A DNA stretch of 64,000 bases from Bdellovibrionota bacterium (GTDB lineage Bacteria; Bdellovibrionota_G; JALEGL01; JAGRMV01). The translations under genes were made by a program, and so were the position numbers. The DNA lies in the NCBI GenBank assembly GCA_041391365.1, contig JAWKOC010000001.1:130068-194067 (forward strand), written 5' to 3'. The notes below the pieces were generated by a model. That model saw only the letters and a list, made by a program, of their open reading frames with translations. It did not search any database and had not been told where the DNA came from. Every line of letters starts with the position of its first letter. The stretch's first letter is position 1. Below are positions 1-10,466 of the stretch, piece by piece.

Positions 1-486
1 TTTTTGTTTGCGCAAAACAATTTCTGACGAATGCAATCTCGATTTTACGGTTCCTTCGGGAATGTTCAAAATTTCTGCAATCTCTCGAATCGAGCAATCT
101 TCGAAAGCATACAACGCGACGACCTGTCTTTGTTTTGAAGAAAGTACGCTCAACAAGATTTCCATTTCTTCCACATGGAGAATTTTTTTTTCCTGCCTCG
201 CATCTATAACTGCCTCGGGCATGTCTTCCTGAGAAAAAAACTGCAACCATTTTTTGGTCGATTGTTTTTTCCAATGATCTTTGACCGTGTTGATGACGAT
301 TCTGTACATCCATGTTCGCAACGAACTCCTTTGATCGAATTGATGGCGCTTGGTGTATATTTTCACAAACACTTCTTGCACCAAATCATCGAGATGGGCA
401 TGACCATTCATGCGAAAGATCAATGTGCGAATGTGAGCTTGGTGCTGCCTGTACAGCTCATGAAATTGATCATGAGAGAGTTTCAA
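1..486 (-). CDS. ECF-type RNA polymerase sigma-70 factor (3' end runs off the window)
   Basis: My own minus-strand translation gives LKLSHDQFHELYRQHQAHIRTLIFRM..DDLVQEVFVKIYTKRHQFDQRSSLRTWMYRIVINTVKDHWKK (region 2) and KQRQVVALYAFEDCSIREIAEILNIPEGTVKSRLHSS (region 4 HTH). The only in-frame start is TTG at 486, overlapping the upstream stop as TTGA. It is missing from the ORF track because no stop lies inside the window. Confidence 0.85.
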   Translation of the reverse strand, partial: MKLSHDQFHELYRQHQAHIRTLIFRMNGHAHLDDLVQEVFVKIYTKRHQFDQRSSLRTWMYRIVINTVKDHWKKQSTKKWLQFFSQEDMPEAVIDARQEKKILHVEEMEILLSVLSSKQRQVVALYAFEDCSIREIAEILNIPEGTVKSRLHSSEIVLRKQK

Positions 487-980
487 GGTCTGGGTCTCGG
501 ATGTTGAGGTGGCATAAAAGGAGGAGGTCCTCCATGCTCATGTTCTCTGGGCTTGCTGCGGAGCTGATGAATTTGTTCGGGGGTGAGAAGGCTGTGCACG
601 GCCACCATGGTTTCGAAACGGTTTTTTTCCAGTTGATTTCTGCTGGATAGAAATTGATCAAATGCTTGTTGGAGTTCCTTGGGGTCTTTGCTTTGGTCCA
701 TGGTTTTTTCAAAAGCCTGCTGATGATCTCGAAGTTCCTCATGCAATTGATGAGCTCTACGTTCGGATTGTTTGTGGATCGTGTCGATCTTGGCCAAGGT
801 CGTGGAATCCAGCCCTAGCTGCCCAAACATGTCTTCGGGGTGGCTTGGCCGGTGAGGAGCAACATCTCGGGCCATGGGAGGGCGAAATCTCGGTTCAAAT
901 CTTGCGCTGCTGGCAAGATAGCCCAGAGAGAAGCCAAACAAAATCAGACTGCAAATGTGTAAACTTTTTTTCCAGTTCAT
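483..980 (-). CDS. Membrane-anchored Spy/CpxP/periplasmic heavy-metal-sensor family protein (LTXXQ-type)
   Basis: This is the 3' part of ORF 483..1151. The start was chosen at MNWKK (ATG 980) because AAGGAAG lies 8 nt upstream. It has an N-terminal hydrophobic anchor (SLHICSLILFGFSLGYLASSA), a helical Q/E/K-rich body, the motif LLTPEQIHQL, and a His/Pro-rich tail. The family call is from motif and composition only. Confidence 0.6.
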   Translation of the reverse strand: MNWKKSLHICSLILFGFSLGYLASSARFEPRFRPPMARDVAPHRPSHPEDMFGQLGLDSTTLAKIDTIHKQSERRAHQLHEELRDHQQAFEKTMDQSKDPKELQQAFDQFLSSRNQLEKNRFETMVAVHSLLTPEQIHQLRSKPREHEHGGPPPFMPPQHPRPRP

Positions 981-1008
981 GGTTCTTTCTTCCTTCATGT
1001 ATACTTTA

Positions 1009-1036
1009 TAGACGACCATACCCCCAAATAAGTTCA
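1009..1036 (-). promoter_or_regulatory. Putative ECF-sigma-dependent promoter for the CpxP-like / sigma operon
   Basis: The minus strand reads TGAACTT-atttgggggtatggt-CGTCTA (AAC -35 element, 15-nt spacer, CGT -10 element). It ends 28 nt upstream of ATG 980. An identical motif occurs on the opposite strand 30 bp away. Confidence 0.45.
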
Positions 1037-1065
1037 TTTTTTCATCCAAAAAAATCTTTCTGGAA

Positions 1066-1093
1066 TGAACTTTTTGCCTCCCTTGCGCGTCTA
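1066..1093 (+). promoter_or_regulatory. Putative ECF-sigma-dependent promoter for the secreted Cys protein / peroxidase operon
   Basis: The plus strand reads TGAACTT-tttgcctcccttgcg-CGTCTA, with the same 7-mer, 6-mer and 15-nt spacer as the minus-strand copy. It ends 48 nt upstream of ATG 1142. Confidence 0.45.
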
Positions 1094-1141
1094 AGCTTTC
1101 GTATGAGTCACTTCTTACCAAACCTCTACAAGGAGAATTCA

Positions 1142-1462
1142 ATGAGAACATGGATCATTGCCGCGATGGCTGCAGGGTTTTTGAGTGCGGAGCCAAGCAT
1201 TGGACAAGAGCAAATGCCTCCGAGCACACAAGGTCAGCAGGGGCAGAATCAATTCCAAGGACAGTCTTCGGATCGACAACATCATCGCAAACCTCCAAAA
1301 GAAGCGTTGGATGCATGCCAGAGCAAGCAAGCGGGAGATCCTTGCTCGTTTGAGGGAATGCATGGAAATGTTTCCGGTACGTGTTTCACGCCAGAGACTT
1401 CCAAACCTTTGGCCTGCAAGCCCGAGCATGGCGGTCCCATGGATCAAAATCAAAAACAATAG
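1142..1462 (+). CDS. Small secreted Gln-rich, four-Cys protein (hypothetical)
   Basis: This is the 3' part of ORF 662..1462. AAGGAG lies 7 nt upstream of ATG 1142. It has a signal-like N-terminus (MRTWIIAAMAAGFLSA), a Q/G-rich stretch, and then DACQSK..GDPCSF..GTCF..LACKP. Confidence 0.6.
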   Translation: MRTWIIAAMAAGFLSAEPSIGQEQMPPSTQGQQGQNQFQGQSSDRQHHRKPPKEALDACQSKQAGDPCSFEGMHGNVSGTCFTPETSKPLACKPEHGGPMDQNQKQ

Positions 1463-1523
1463 ATCTGCTGATCTCCCAGGGGGCGATCGCCAGAGGTCCC
1501 CTCTGGGAATATTCTTTCCAGAG

Positions 1524-2687
1524 ATGTTTATGAGAACACACGCAATTTTGTTGAGCATGGCTGTATTTCTTTGTGCCTGCGGTTGGTTCGGAGAAAAAAA
1601 CAACATCGACTATCAAGCCAAGTATCCATCGTTTTATGCAACGTTTGGAGATCAATTGGATTTGGGCAATCTTCCCAACTATGCCCATTCATCATTTCCT
1701 GCATACATTGCCAAGGACAACACAAGAGAAAATCCCATCACGGACGAGGGAGCGCTATTGGGCAGAATTTTGTTTTACGATAAGAATCTATCGTCAAACA
1801 AAAGCATCTCATGTTCTTCTTGCCATCAGCAGGGCCGTGCATTTTCGGATTCGGCCAATGTGAGTGATGGAGTCAATGGGCAAACCAACAGGCATTCCAT
1901 GCGTTTGATCAATTCTCGTTTCTCCAATGAGGTCAATTTCTTTTGGGATGAGCGAGTAAGCTCTCTGGAAGAGCAAACGACAAAACCCATTCAAGATCAC
2001 AACGAAATGGGGTTCAGTGGCACCATGGGAGATCCAGGGTTGCAAGATCTAGTAGAGCGACTCTCGGGCATTGGATACTATGCTGATTTGTTTGATTTTG
2101 CTTTTGGAAACCAAGAAATTACCGAAGAGAAGATTCAACAAGCCTTGGCACAGTTTGTACGAAGCATTCAATCGTTTGATTCCAAATACGATGAAGGACG
2201 TGCCAATGCGTCCAACGATCGTCAACATTTTTTCAATTTTACGGCAGATGAAAATGCAGGGAAGGCTTTGTTTTTGAATCGAAGAGCCGATGGAGGCGCA
2301 GGTTGTGGAGGATGTCATCGGCCTCCGGAATTTGATATTGATCCAAACAGTTTGAACAATGGGATTGTAGGTGTCTTTGACAGTGCAATCGAAGAAGACC
2401 TCACCGTGACAAGATCTCCGAGCTTGAGAGATTTGGTGGATGCAAGTGGAAATCTTCATGGTCCTCTCATGCACGATGCAAGCATCACCAGTTTGGAAGC
2501 ATTGATTGATCATTATGATTCGGGAATCGAAAACAATGCAGGACTGGACAATCGATTGAAAGCAGGAGGAAACCCTCAGCGTTTGAATCTTACCGATGTT
2601 GAAAAAAATCAATTGATCGAATTTTTGAAATCCCTTTCCGGAAGCGATGTGTATTCCAATTCAAAGTGGTCAGATCCTTTTCCATAA
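1524..2687 (+). CDS. Di-haem cytochrome c peroxidase (CCP/MauG family), lipoprotein-like
   Basis: This is the 3' part of ORF 1185..2687. It carries two CxxCH haem motifs (CSSCHQQG and CGGCHRPPEF), the family-typical GRILFYDKNLS, and an N-terminal MFMRTHAILLSMAVFLCACG. The start may be ATG 1524 or ATG 1530. Confidence 0.85.
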   Translation: MFMRTHAILLSMAVFLCACGWFGEKNNIDYQAKYPSFYATFGDQLDLGNLPNYAHSSFPAYIAKDNTRENPITDEGALLGRILFYDKNLSSNKSISCSSCHQQGRAFSDSANVSDGVNGQTNRHSMRLINSRFSNEVNFFWDERVSSLEEQTTKPIQDHNEMGFSGTMGDPGLQDLVERLSGIGYYADLFDFAFGNQEITEEKIQQALAQFVRSIQSFDSKYDEGRANASNDRQHFFNFTADENAGKALFLNRRADGGAGCGGCHRPPEFDIDPNSLNNGIVGVFDSAIEEDLTVTRSPSLRDLVDASGNLHGPLMHDASITSLEALIDHYDSGIENNAGLDNRLKAGGNPQRLNLTDVEKNQLIEFLKSLSGSDVYSNSKWSDPFP

Positions 2688-2733
2688 AGGTTGAAGTGTT
2701 TTTCTTGGGGCAGATTAATATCTGAAAGTGTGC

Positions 2734-2770
2734 ATAGATAACGCCATCAATCAAAATAGGTTCAAGCTAT
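2734..2770. promoter_or_regulatory. OxyR-pattern operator upstream of katG
   Basis: The sequence is ATAG-ataacgc-CATC-aatcaaa-ATAG-gttcaag-CTAT. This matches ATAG-N7-CTAT-N7-ATAG-N7-CTAT with three perfect tetramers and exact spacing, about 93 nt upstream of the katG ATG. Confidence 0.4.
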
Positions 2771-2781
2771 CGCAAGATTGA

Positions 2782-5097
<2,316 letters not shown>

Positions 5098-5135
5098 TCT
5101 GACTGGTGTCAGGCACCAAGTTGGAGGTTTTGATC

Positions 5136-5176
5136 AACGCTCTTGATTGTTTTTTCAGTCAAGAGCGTTTTTTTTC
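5136..5176 (+). terminator. Rho-independent terminator after katG
   Basis: An 11-bp perfect stem (AACGCTCTTGA / TCAAGAGCGTT) with a 12-nt loop is followed by a run of eight T. Confidence 0.6.
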
Positions 5177-5186
5177 ATGCATGCTT

Positions 5187-5825
5187 CTATGAGATGGGAG
5201 GCGCCGACTCGGAACCCCTCTCAAATCCAAGGAATTTTCCAGAAGGAAGATCTTCGCAAAGCATATAGAATTTTTCTCGTCCAAAAAGAGCACATGTCCC
5301 TTGGACAAAAGATTCGATCTTGATCCGAATGGTTTTGTTGTTTTGGATGTCAAAGTTTCCCAAAGAGCCTTCGGAGTTTGCCATTCCGGACTCATCAAGA
5401 TCTAGAGTTTTTCCCAGGGGGAGTTCAGGGTTTTGAACGTGTTTTTTGAGCTTATAAGAAATTTCCGTTCCAGAATCGTCTGTAAGAGAAGAAACAAAAT
5501 ATCTCAACTGAAGTTGATCAGGAAACGATTCGATGATCCAGAATGCTGCTTGAATCAATGCATGGTCTTCCCGAACAAAATCCAGGATGGTAGGAGAATT
5601 TTCGTCGATGTACATGGTGTGGACATGTTCCCAGCGCCCTAGAAAATCATTCGGAGTAACCTGTTGATTTCGAAGATCCGGAAACGAGAGTGAGGCTTTG
5701 AGATTGCTCCAATAGATGTCGAGGGATTCGATTCCCATGGGACGAATTTTTTCCCGTTCGACCCCCAATTCTTGCGCGAAAAGATTTGAACATGCCAACA
5801 CAACACTCAATGTAAATACGATCAC
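5187..5825 (-). CDS. Hypothetical secreted protein
   Basis: This is a 212-aa ORF with a GTG start and GGAGG 9 nt upstream. The N-terminus is signal-like (MIVFTLSVVLACSNLFAQ). I recognise no family. Confidence 0.5.
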   Translation of the reverse strand: MIVFTLSVVLACSNLFAQELGVEREKIRPMGIESLDIYWSNLKASLSFPDLRNQQVTPNDFLGRWEHVHTMYIDENSPTILDFVREDHALIQAAFWIIESFPDQLQLRYFVSSLTDDSGTEISYKLKKHVQNPELPLGKTLDLDESGMANSEGSLGNFDIQNNKTIRIKIESFVQGTCALFGREKFYMLCEDLPSGKFLGFERGSESAPPIS

Positions 5826-5976
5826 CTCAGGACCCCTCCTTGTATTGACTCGAAGTGTTAGGTGTTTTGCGGAAATAGATCAAGTGTTTTTTCTGTGTAC
5901 ATAGATTCTTTGCAACGATTGAGTTATAAAGATTTTGAATCATTGATGAATGAATTTTTTGTAGCCAGGTAACGGT

Positions 5977-8900
5977 TTGAAAGCTCTGATCCAGTATTTT
6001 TCACAACGACATTTGATCACCAATGTTGTCTTTTTTGCCATTCTAGGTCTTGCGGTTGTCACATGGACAAAAATCGGAAAAGAAGAGTATCCAGATTTTG
6101 CTTTGGATACGATACGTTTTACGTTGGTGTATCCGGGGGCGACCGCAGAAGATGTGGAACTCTTTGTCATCAAACCCATTGAAGAACGTCTCAAAGAGCT
6201 CACTGGACTTTATCAAGTTAGCGCCACGGCAGCTTCAAGAGTGGCTACATTCCATGTTACGCTCGAGTCCAAGGCGTCCAATCCAGATGAGATTATTCAG
6301 GAGATCAAAAATGCTGTGGATCGAGCTCGTCTTCCTAGCGAAGTGGAAGATCCAGTATATCGAAGATTCAGCAGTGCCGAAAAAGCCATCATAGACATTG
6401 GGTTTTTCTATACCGGAGAACGTTTGTTGGATGAAAACACTCGGGAACAGCTACAAAAATATGCGTTGGCATTTGAAAATCGTTTGTTGACCCTTCCTGA
6501 GGTCAGTGGGTTGGAAAAAAGAGGATCGCTCAAACCTGAATTGCAGATTTTTGTAGATCCCGATCGACTCCTTTCCTTCGATATTTCGATGTCCGAAGTG
6601 GCCAACCAGATCCGTAACCAACATATTCGAATTCCGGCGGGCAATATGGAGGACCCTTTGGAATCTCAAATTTCTTTTCTCTCGGAATTGGACTCCGTGG
6701 AGAGTCTAGAGAACACGATCATTCGTGGGGGATACGAGGGACAGAGGATCCGACTCAAACAACTGGGACACGTTCAGAAAGGATTTCACAGACAGAACTC
6801 TGTGTTGAAGATCCAAGGGCACGAGGGCATTCTTTACAACGTTCGAAAAAGCGCTTCGAGCGATATTTTAACGGCCCAACAAGCGATCAAAACCTTTGTT
6901 GATGAGTTCAGGCACACGTACCAAGATTCACCGATCGATGTGGTTTTGATCGATGATGAGTCTGCAGACATTCGCAATCGAATCTCGATCATCAGTTACA
7001 ACGGGTTGGGTGGATTTGTCTTGATTTTGATCATCCTATTTATTTTCTTGGATTTTTCTTCCGGCATTTGGGTGGCTTCAGGACTTCCATTTTCTCTTGC
7101 TTTTACGCTGATCTGCACGATGTTGATTGGATATTCTGTGAACAACATGACCTTAGCAGGGGTCATCATCGTCTTGGGGATTGTCGTAGATGATGCCATC
7201 ATCATCGCAGAAAATGTCTCTCGATTGCGAAGAAACGGAATGCCCTTGTCAGAAGCAGTGGTTGTGGGTACCCGAAGTGTCCTGATGCCAGTGATTGCAA
7301 GTGTTCTGACAACCTGTGCTGCGTTCATTCCTTTGTATAGCTTTTCAGGTCATTTCGGGTTGTTCATCAAATACATTCCGGCCATCGTGTTTTTGATGTT
7401 GGGTGCAAGTCTTCTCGAATCTACATTTATTCTTCCCGGACATTTGTATCAGACGGGTTCACGCAATAAAAATGTCAAAGAAGGTCATTGGTTCTACCGA
7501 TACGAAAAATACTATGCAAAAATTCTCAACCGAGCGTTGAGATTCCGATGGGTTGTGATGATCTTTTTTGGATTGATGTTGGGTGGAGCCTGGATGGTGT
7601 TTGATCAAGAAATGAAGTTTGTGATGTTCCCTCGGGAAGAAAGTCAGGAAGTTACTTTGCAGGTATCTGCAGTCGAAGATCTGACTCGGTATGAGATGGC
7701 AAAATTGATCGAACCTTTGGAAGACATGTTTTTGAGTGAAAAAGATGTTGTGATGACCATCGTATCTTCTGTTGGTTCCAATCGGAGAGGCGTTGAGGTC
7801 AAGGAAAATCAAGCAAACATGCGTATCGAAATTGTTCGCGCCTCTGAAAGAGAGGAGTCCTTGAGTGAAATGTTGGAAAGGTGGGAAAAGAAAACATCTT
7901 CCATGACACAATTTGAAGAGATTCGATTTTTAAAATCCAGATGGGGTGCAGACAGTGGGAGTCCCATTGAGTTTGAAATTCAGGAAAATGACGATATTTC
8001 GCGAAAGCAGGCAGCCAATTTTGTCAAAGCAGAAATGGAAAAGCTTCCCTACATAAAGAATGTCGAGATTGAGAGGCCCGTTACCAAGAATGAATACATT
8101 CTTCGTCTCAAAAGAGACGATGTGTTTTTGTTGGGAATCAATCCTAAGGAAGTTGCTTCTTCTTTGCGTGCATATGTTGAAGGAGAGATTTTATATGTTC
8201 TAAACAATGGTGAACAGGAGGTTGACGTACGACTGTCCAGTGAAAGAGATCACAAAAAAACCATTGATCAAATCTTGTCGATGCGTTCCTCGAACTCAAA
8301 CTCCTACCTAGTGCCTTATCGATCCATTGCGACTATGGAAAAAGTGAAAGCACCTGCGAGCATTTCCAGAGTTAACTACAAGAGAACCACCAAAATTTTT
8401 GCAGATCTTCATGAAGACAGTGATACGACTCCTCTTGAGGTCGCCGATGAATTGGAAGAGAATATTTTTCCTAGGGTAGAAAAAGAGAATCCATATACTC
8501 GATTTCGTTTCCGGGGAGAAGTTGAGGATTCGAGAGAATCTCAATCTGATTTTTATTTTGCCATTTTCTTGTCGGTCATCATTATTTATTTGTTGCTTGT
8601 GTTTCTCTATGACTCACTTTCCATTCCCCTTTTGATAGCATCCATCATCCCATTTGGAGCGGTGGGGGTTGTTTTTGCTTTTTTCTCCCATGGCATGAGT
8701 CACTATGGTTTTTTTGCGGTTATCGGAACTTTGGGCATGATCGGGGTAGTGGTCAATGATTCGATTGTGATGATCTCAAAGTTAGAGGAAGAGGAAATTT
8801 ATTCCCTACAAGGTATGCAGATGAACGAAAAGATTTCCCATATTTGTTCGACGCGACTTCGGGCGATTGTCGTGACCACGTTGACCACAGTGGCAGGGCT

Positions 8901-9066
8901 GTTACCAACTGCATATGGTTGGGCAGGATACGATTCGATGTTGGCAGAAATGATGTTGGCCATGGCATGGGGATTGATTTTCTCCACACTGATCACGCTC
9001 TTTTTTGTACCCAGTTTGTATAGTTACTATAGTAGCGTGGGTCGATGGTGGAGAAATCGATCATGA
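5977..9066 (+). CDS. RND efflux transporter, AcrB/AcrD/AcrF family inner-membrane pump
   Basis: This is a 1029-aa ORF with a TTG start. The architecture is 12-TM with two large loops, and the N-terminus is typical (FSQRHLITNVVFFAILGLAVVTW...YPGATAEDVE). Confidence 0.9.
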   Translation: MKALIQYFSQRHLITNVVFFAILGLAVVTWTKIGKEEYPDFALDTIRFTLVYPGATAEDVELFVIKPIEERLKELTGLYQVSATAASRVATFHVTLESKASNPDEIIQEIKNAVDRARLPSEVEDPVYRRFSSAEKAIIDIGFFYTGERLLDENTREQLQKYALAFENRLLTLPEVSGLEKRGSLKPELQIFVDPDRLLSFDISMSEVANQIRNQHIRIPAGNMEDPLESQISFLSELDSVESLENTIIRGGYEGQRIRLKQLGHVQKGFHRQNSVLKIQGHEGILYNVRKSASSDILTAQQAIKTFVDEFRHTYQDSPIDVVLIDDESADIRNRISIISYNGLGGFVLILIILFIFLDFSSGIWVASGLPFSLAFTLICTMLIGYSVNNMTLAGVIIVLGIVVDDAIIIAENVSRLRRNGMPLSEAVVVGTRSVLMPVIASVLTTCAAFIPLYSFSGHFGLFIKYIPAIVFLMLGASLLESTFILPGHLYQTGSRNKNVKEGHWFYRYEKYYAKILNRALRFRWVVMIFFGLMLGGAWMVFDQEMKFVMFPREESQEVTLQVSAVEDLTRYEMAKLIEPLEDMFLSEKDVVMTIVSSVGSNRRGVEVKENQANMRIEIVRASEREESLSEMLERWEKKTSSMTQFEEIRFLKSRWGADSGSPIEFEIQENDDISRKQAANFVKAEMEKLPYIKNVEIERPVTKNEYILRLKRDDVFLLGINPKEVASSLRAYVEGEILYVLNNGEQEVDVRLSSERDHKKTIDQILSMRSSNSNSYLVPYRSIATMEKVKAPASISRVNYKRTTKIFADLHEDSDTTPLEVADELEENIFPRVEKENPYTRFRFRGEVEDSRESQSDFYFAIFLSVIIIYLLLVFLYDSLSIPLLIASIIPFGAVGVVFAFFSHGMSHYGFFAVIGTLGMIGVVVNDSIVMISKLEEEEIYSLQGMQMNEKISHICSTRLRAIVVTTLTTVAGLLPTAYGWAGYDSMLAEMMLAMAWGLIFSTLITLFFVPSLYSYYSSVGRWWRNRS

Positions 9067-10466
9067 AGAATAGGTTCGTAACGTTGATGTTGATCATCAT
9101 GATTTGTCCATCGACGATGTTTTCTCAAGAGGTAAAAACCTCCAAGGAACTCAGTCTTTTTGAATTCTTGGAGCAAGCTCGATCCCATGATCCTCAGGTA
9201 GAGTCGGTGTTGCAACAAACCATGCAAGTGAACTTTCTCAAAAAAACCATCATGCCGGACCAATCTCTTGTTTTTCAGGTATCGAACCAATATGGATTTG
9301 GGATTGATGACACAAGAAAAACTGAGACATGGGAATTCTCAGCTACCCAGCCGATCGTTTCCAGCGGAACCAATGTTGTGGCTTCCCACAGAATCAATAA
9401 ACAGGTAGACCGAAAAGAAAAAGTCAGTTCTATATCTCTAGAGCAGTCACTCTATCGGAATGCCTTTGGCAAAAGAGATCGAAACCTTTCCAAAAGATTG
9501 GATATAGAAAACGAGGTGCTGCTGCTGCAAACGGCCGAAGCCTATGAGGATTATATAGCAGTCTTGGCAACCTCATACTTGAATTGGAATCTTCTTCATC
9601 TCCAACATACGGCTACGTTAGCCTTGAAAAATGAATCCGAAAAATTATTGGCATCGATCCAGCGTCGTCAGAGAATGGGAACAGCTCTAGCCATAGATGT
9701 AGAAAAAATAGAATTGGAAAAATTGGGATTTGAAGAAAACGAATTGACGCTGAACAAGCAAATCATTCAAGAACGTCAATCCATTGAACAGGCGATCTTG
9801 ATGGAACCTGGGTCAAAGATCGTGCCTGGCCCTTTGCCCAAGACCTTGCTTGCAATGGATGGACATGAGATGGAGTATGCATTTCTTCGTGAGCACTCTA
9901 GGACACGAAAAGCCTTGACGCTGAGTCAGGAAGCAGGCCAGCTCAACGTGGTGGTCAAGGAATCTGATATGAGACCAGATCTCAACGCTATTTTGGGATT
10001 CAGTTATGATGATTCTACGAGGTTTACAACCTCAACAGATCGACAGCAGCTGTTTGTTGGATTCAATTTATCCGTACCTTTGGGAAACCAAAAAAAGAAG
10101 GGGCAAACCATGCAGGCGAGCTATCAGGAGATAGAGGCTTCCATCGCCAAACGAAGGTTTGAAAAAAATTTGGATATTGCTTATCGAAATCAATTGGAGC
10201 AAGTCAAACAGGCTCACATGGCGGTAGAAGTGGGATTGAAAAAATGGAATTTATCCACTGCAATTGAAGGCAAAGAACGGAAACGATATGAACAAGGAAG
10301 AATCGATGTTCAGACCTTGATCAATGCCAGACAAGCTCAATCTCAACATCAATTTTCTTATCTTTCTCTGCAAATTGAATTGGCCAAGACCATGATCGAG
10401 TGGTTGAGAGTAACCGATCAACTTGTGGCTTCTCAAGATCAAATCTTGTTGCACGAAAAAAATTAA
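9063..10466 (+). CDS. TolC-like outer-membrane efflux factor
   Basis: ATG 9063 overlaps the RND stop (TCATGA). The signal peptide is MKNRFVTLMLIIMICPSTMFSQ. Length and repeated coiled-coil composition are typical of outer-membrane factor proteins. Confidence 0.8.
   Translation: MKNRFVTLMLIIMICPSTMFSQEVKTSKELSLFEFLEQARSHDPQVESVLQQTMQVNFLKKTIMPDQSLVFQVSNQYGFGIDDTRKTETWEFSATQPIVSSGTNVVASHRINKQVDRKEKVSSISLEQSLYRNAFGKRDRNLSKRLDIENEVLLLQTAEAYEDYIAVLATSYLNWNLLHLQHTATLALKNESEKLLASIQRRQRMGTALAIDVEKIELEKLGFEENELTLNKQIIQERQSIEQAILMEPGSKIVPGPLPKTLLAMDGHEMEYAFLREHSRTRKALTLSQEAGQLNVVVKESDMRPDLNAILGFSYDDSTRFTTSTDRQQLFVGFNLSVPLGNQKKKGQTMQASYQEIEASIAKRRFEKNLDIAYRNQLEQVKQAHMAVEVGLKKWNLSTAIEGKERKRYEQGRIDVQTLINARQAQSQHQFSYLSLQIELAKTMIEWLRVTDQLVASQDQILLHEKN

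Noticed and set aside
662-1141. The 5' part of the 266-aa ORF 662..1462 and the 222-aa extension of ORF 483..1151.
   Set aside because: Both extensions run antisense through each other and through the promoter gap. The internal starts at 1142 and 980 have good ribosome-binding sites and give proper signal or anchor sequences.
10463-10466. A 4-nt convergent overlap (TTAA) of the TolC-like and diguanylate cyclase stop codons.
   Set aside because: This is real but trivial. The palindromic TTAA provides both stop codons, and no functional implication can be drawn.
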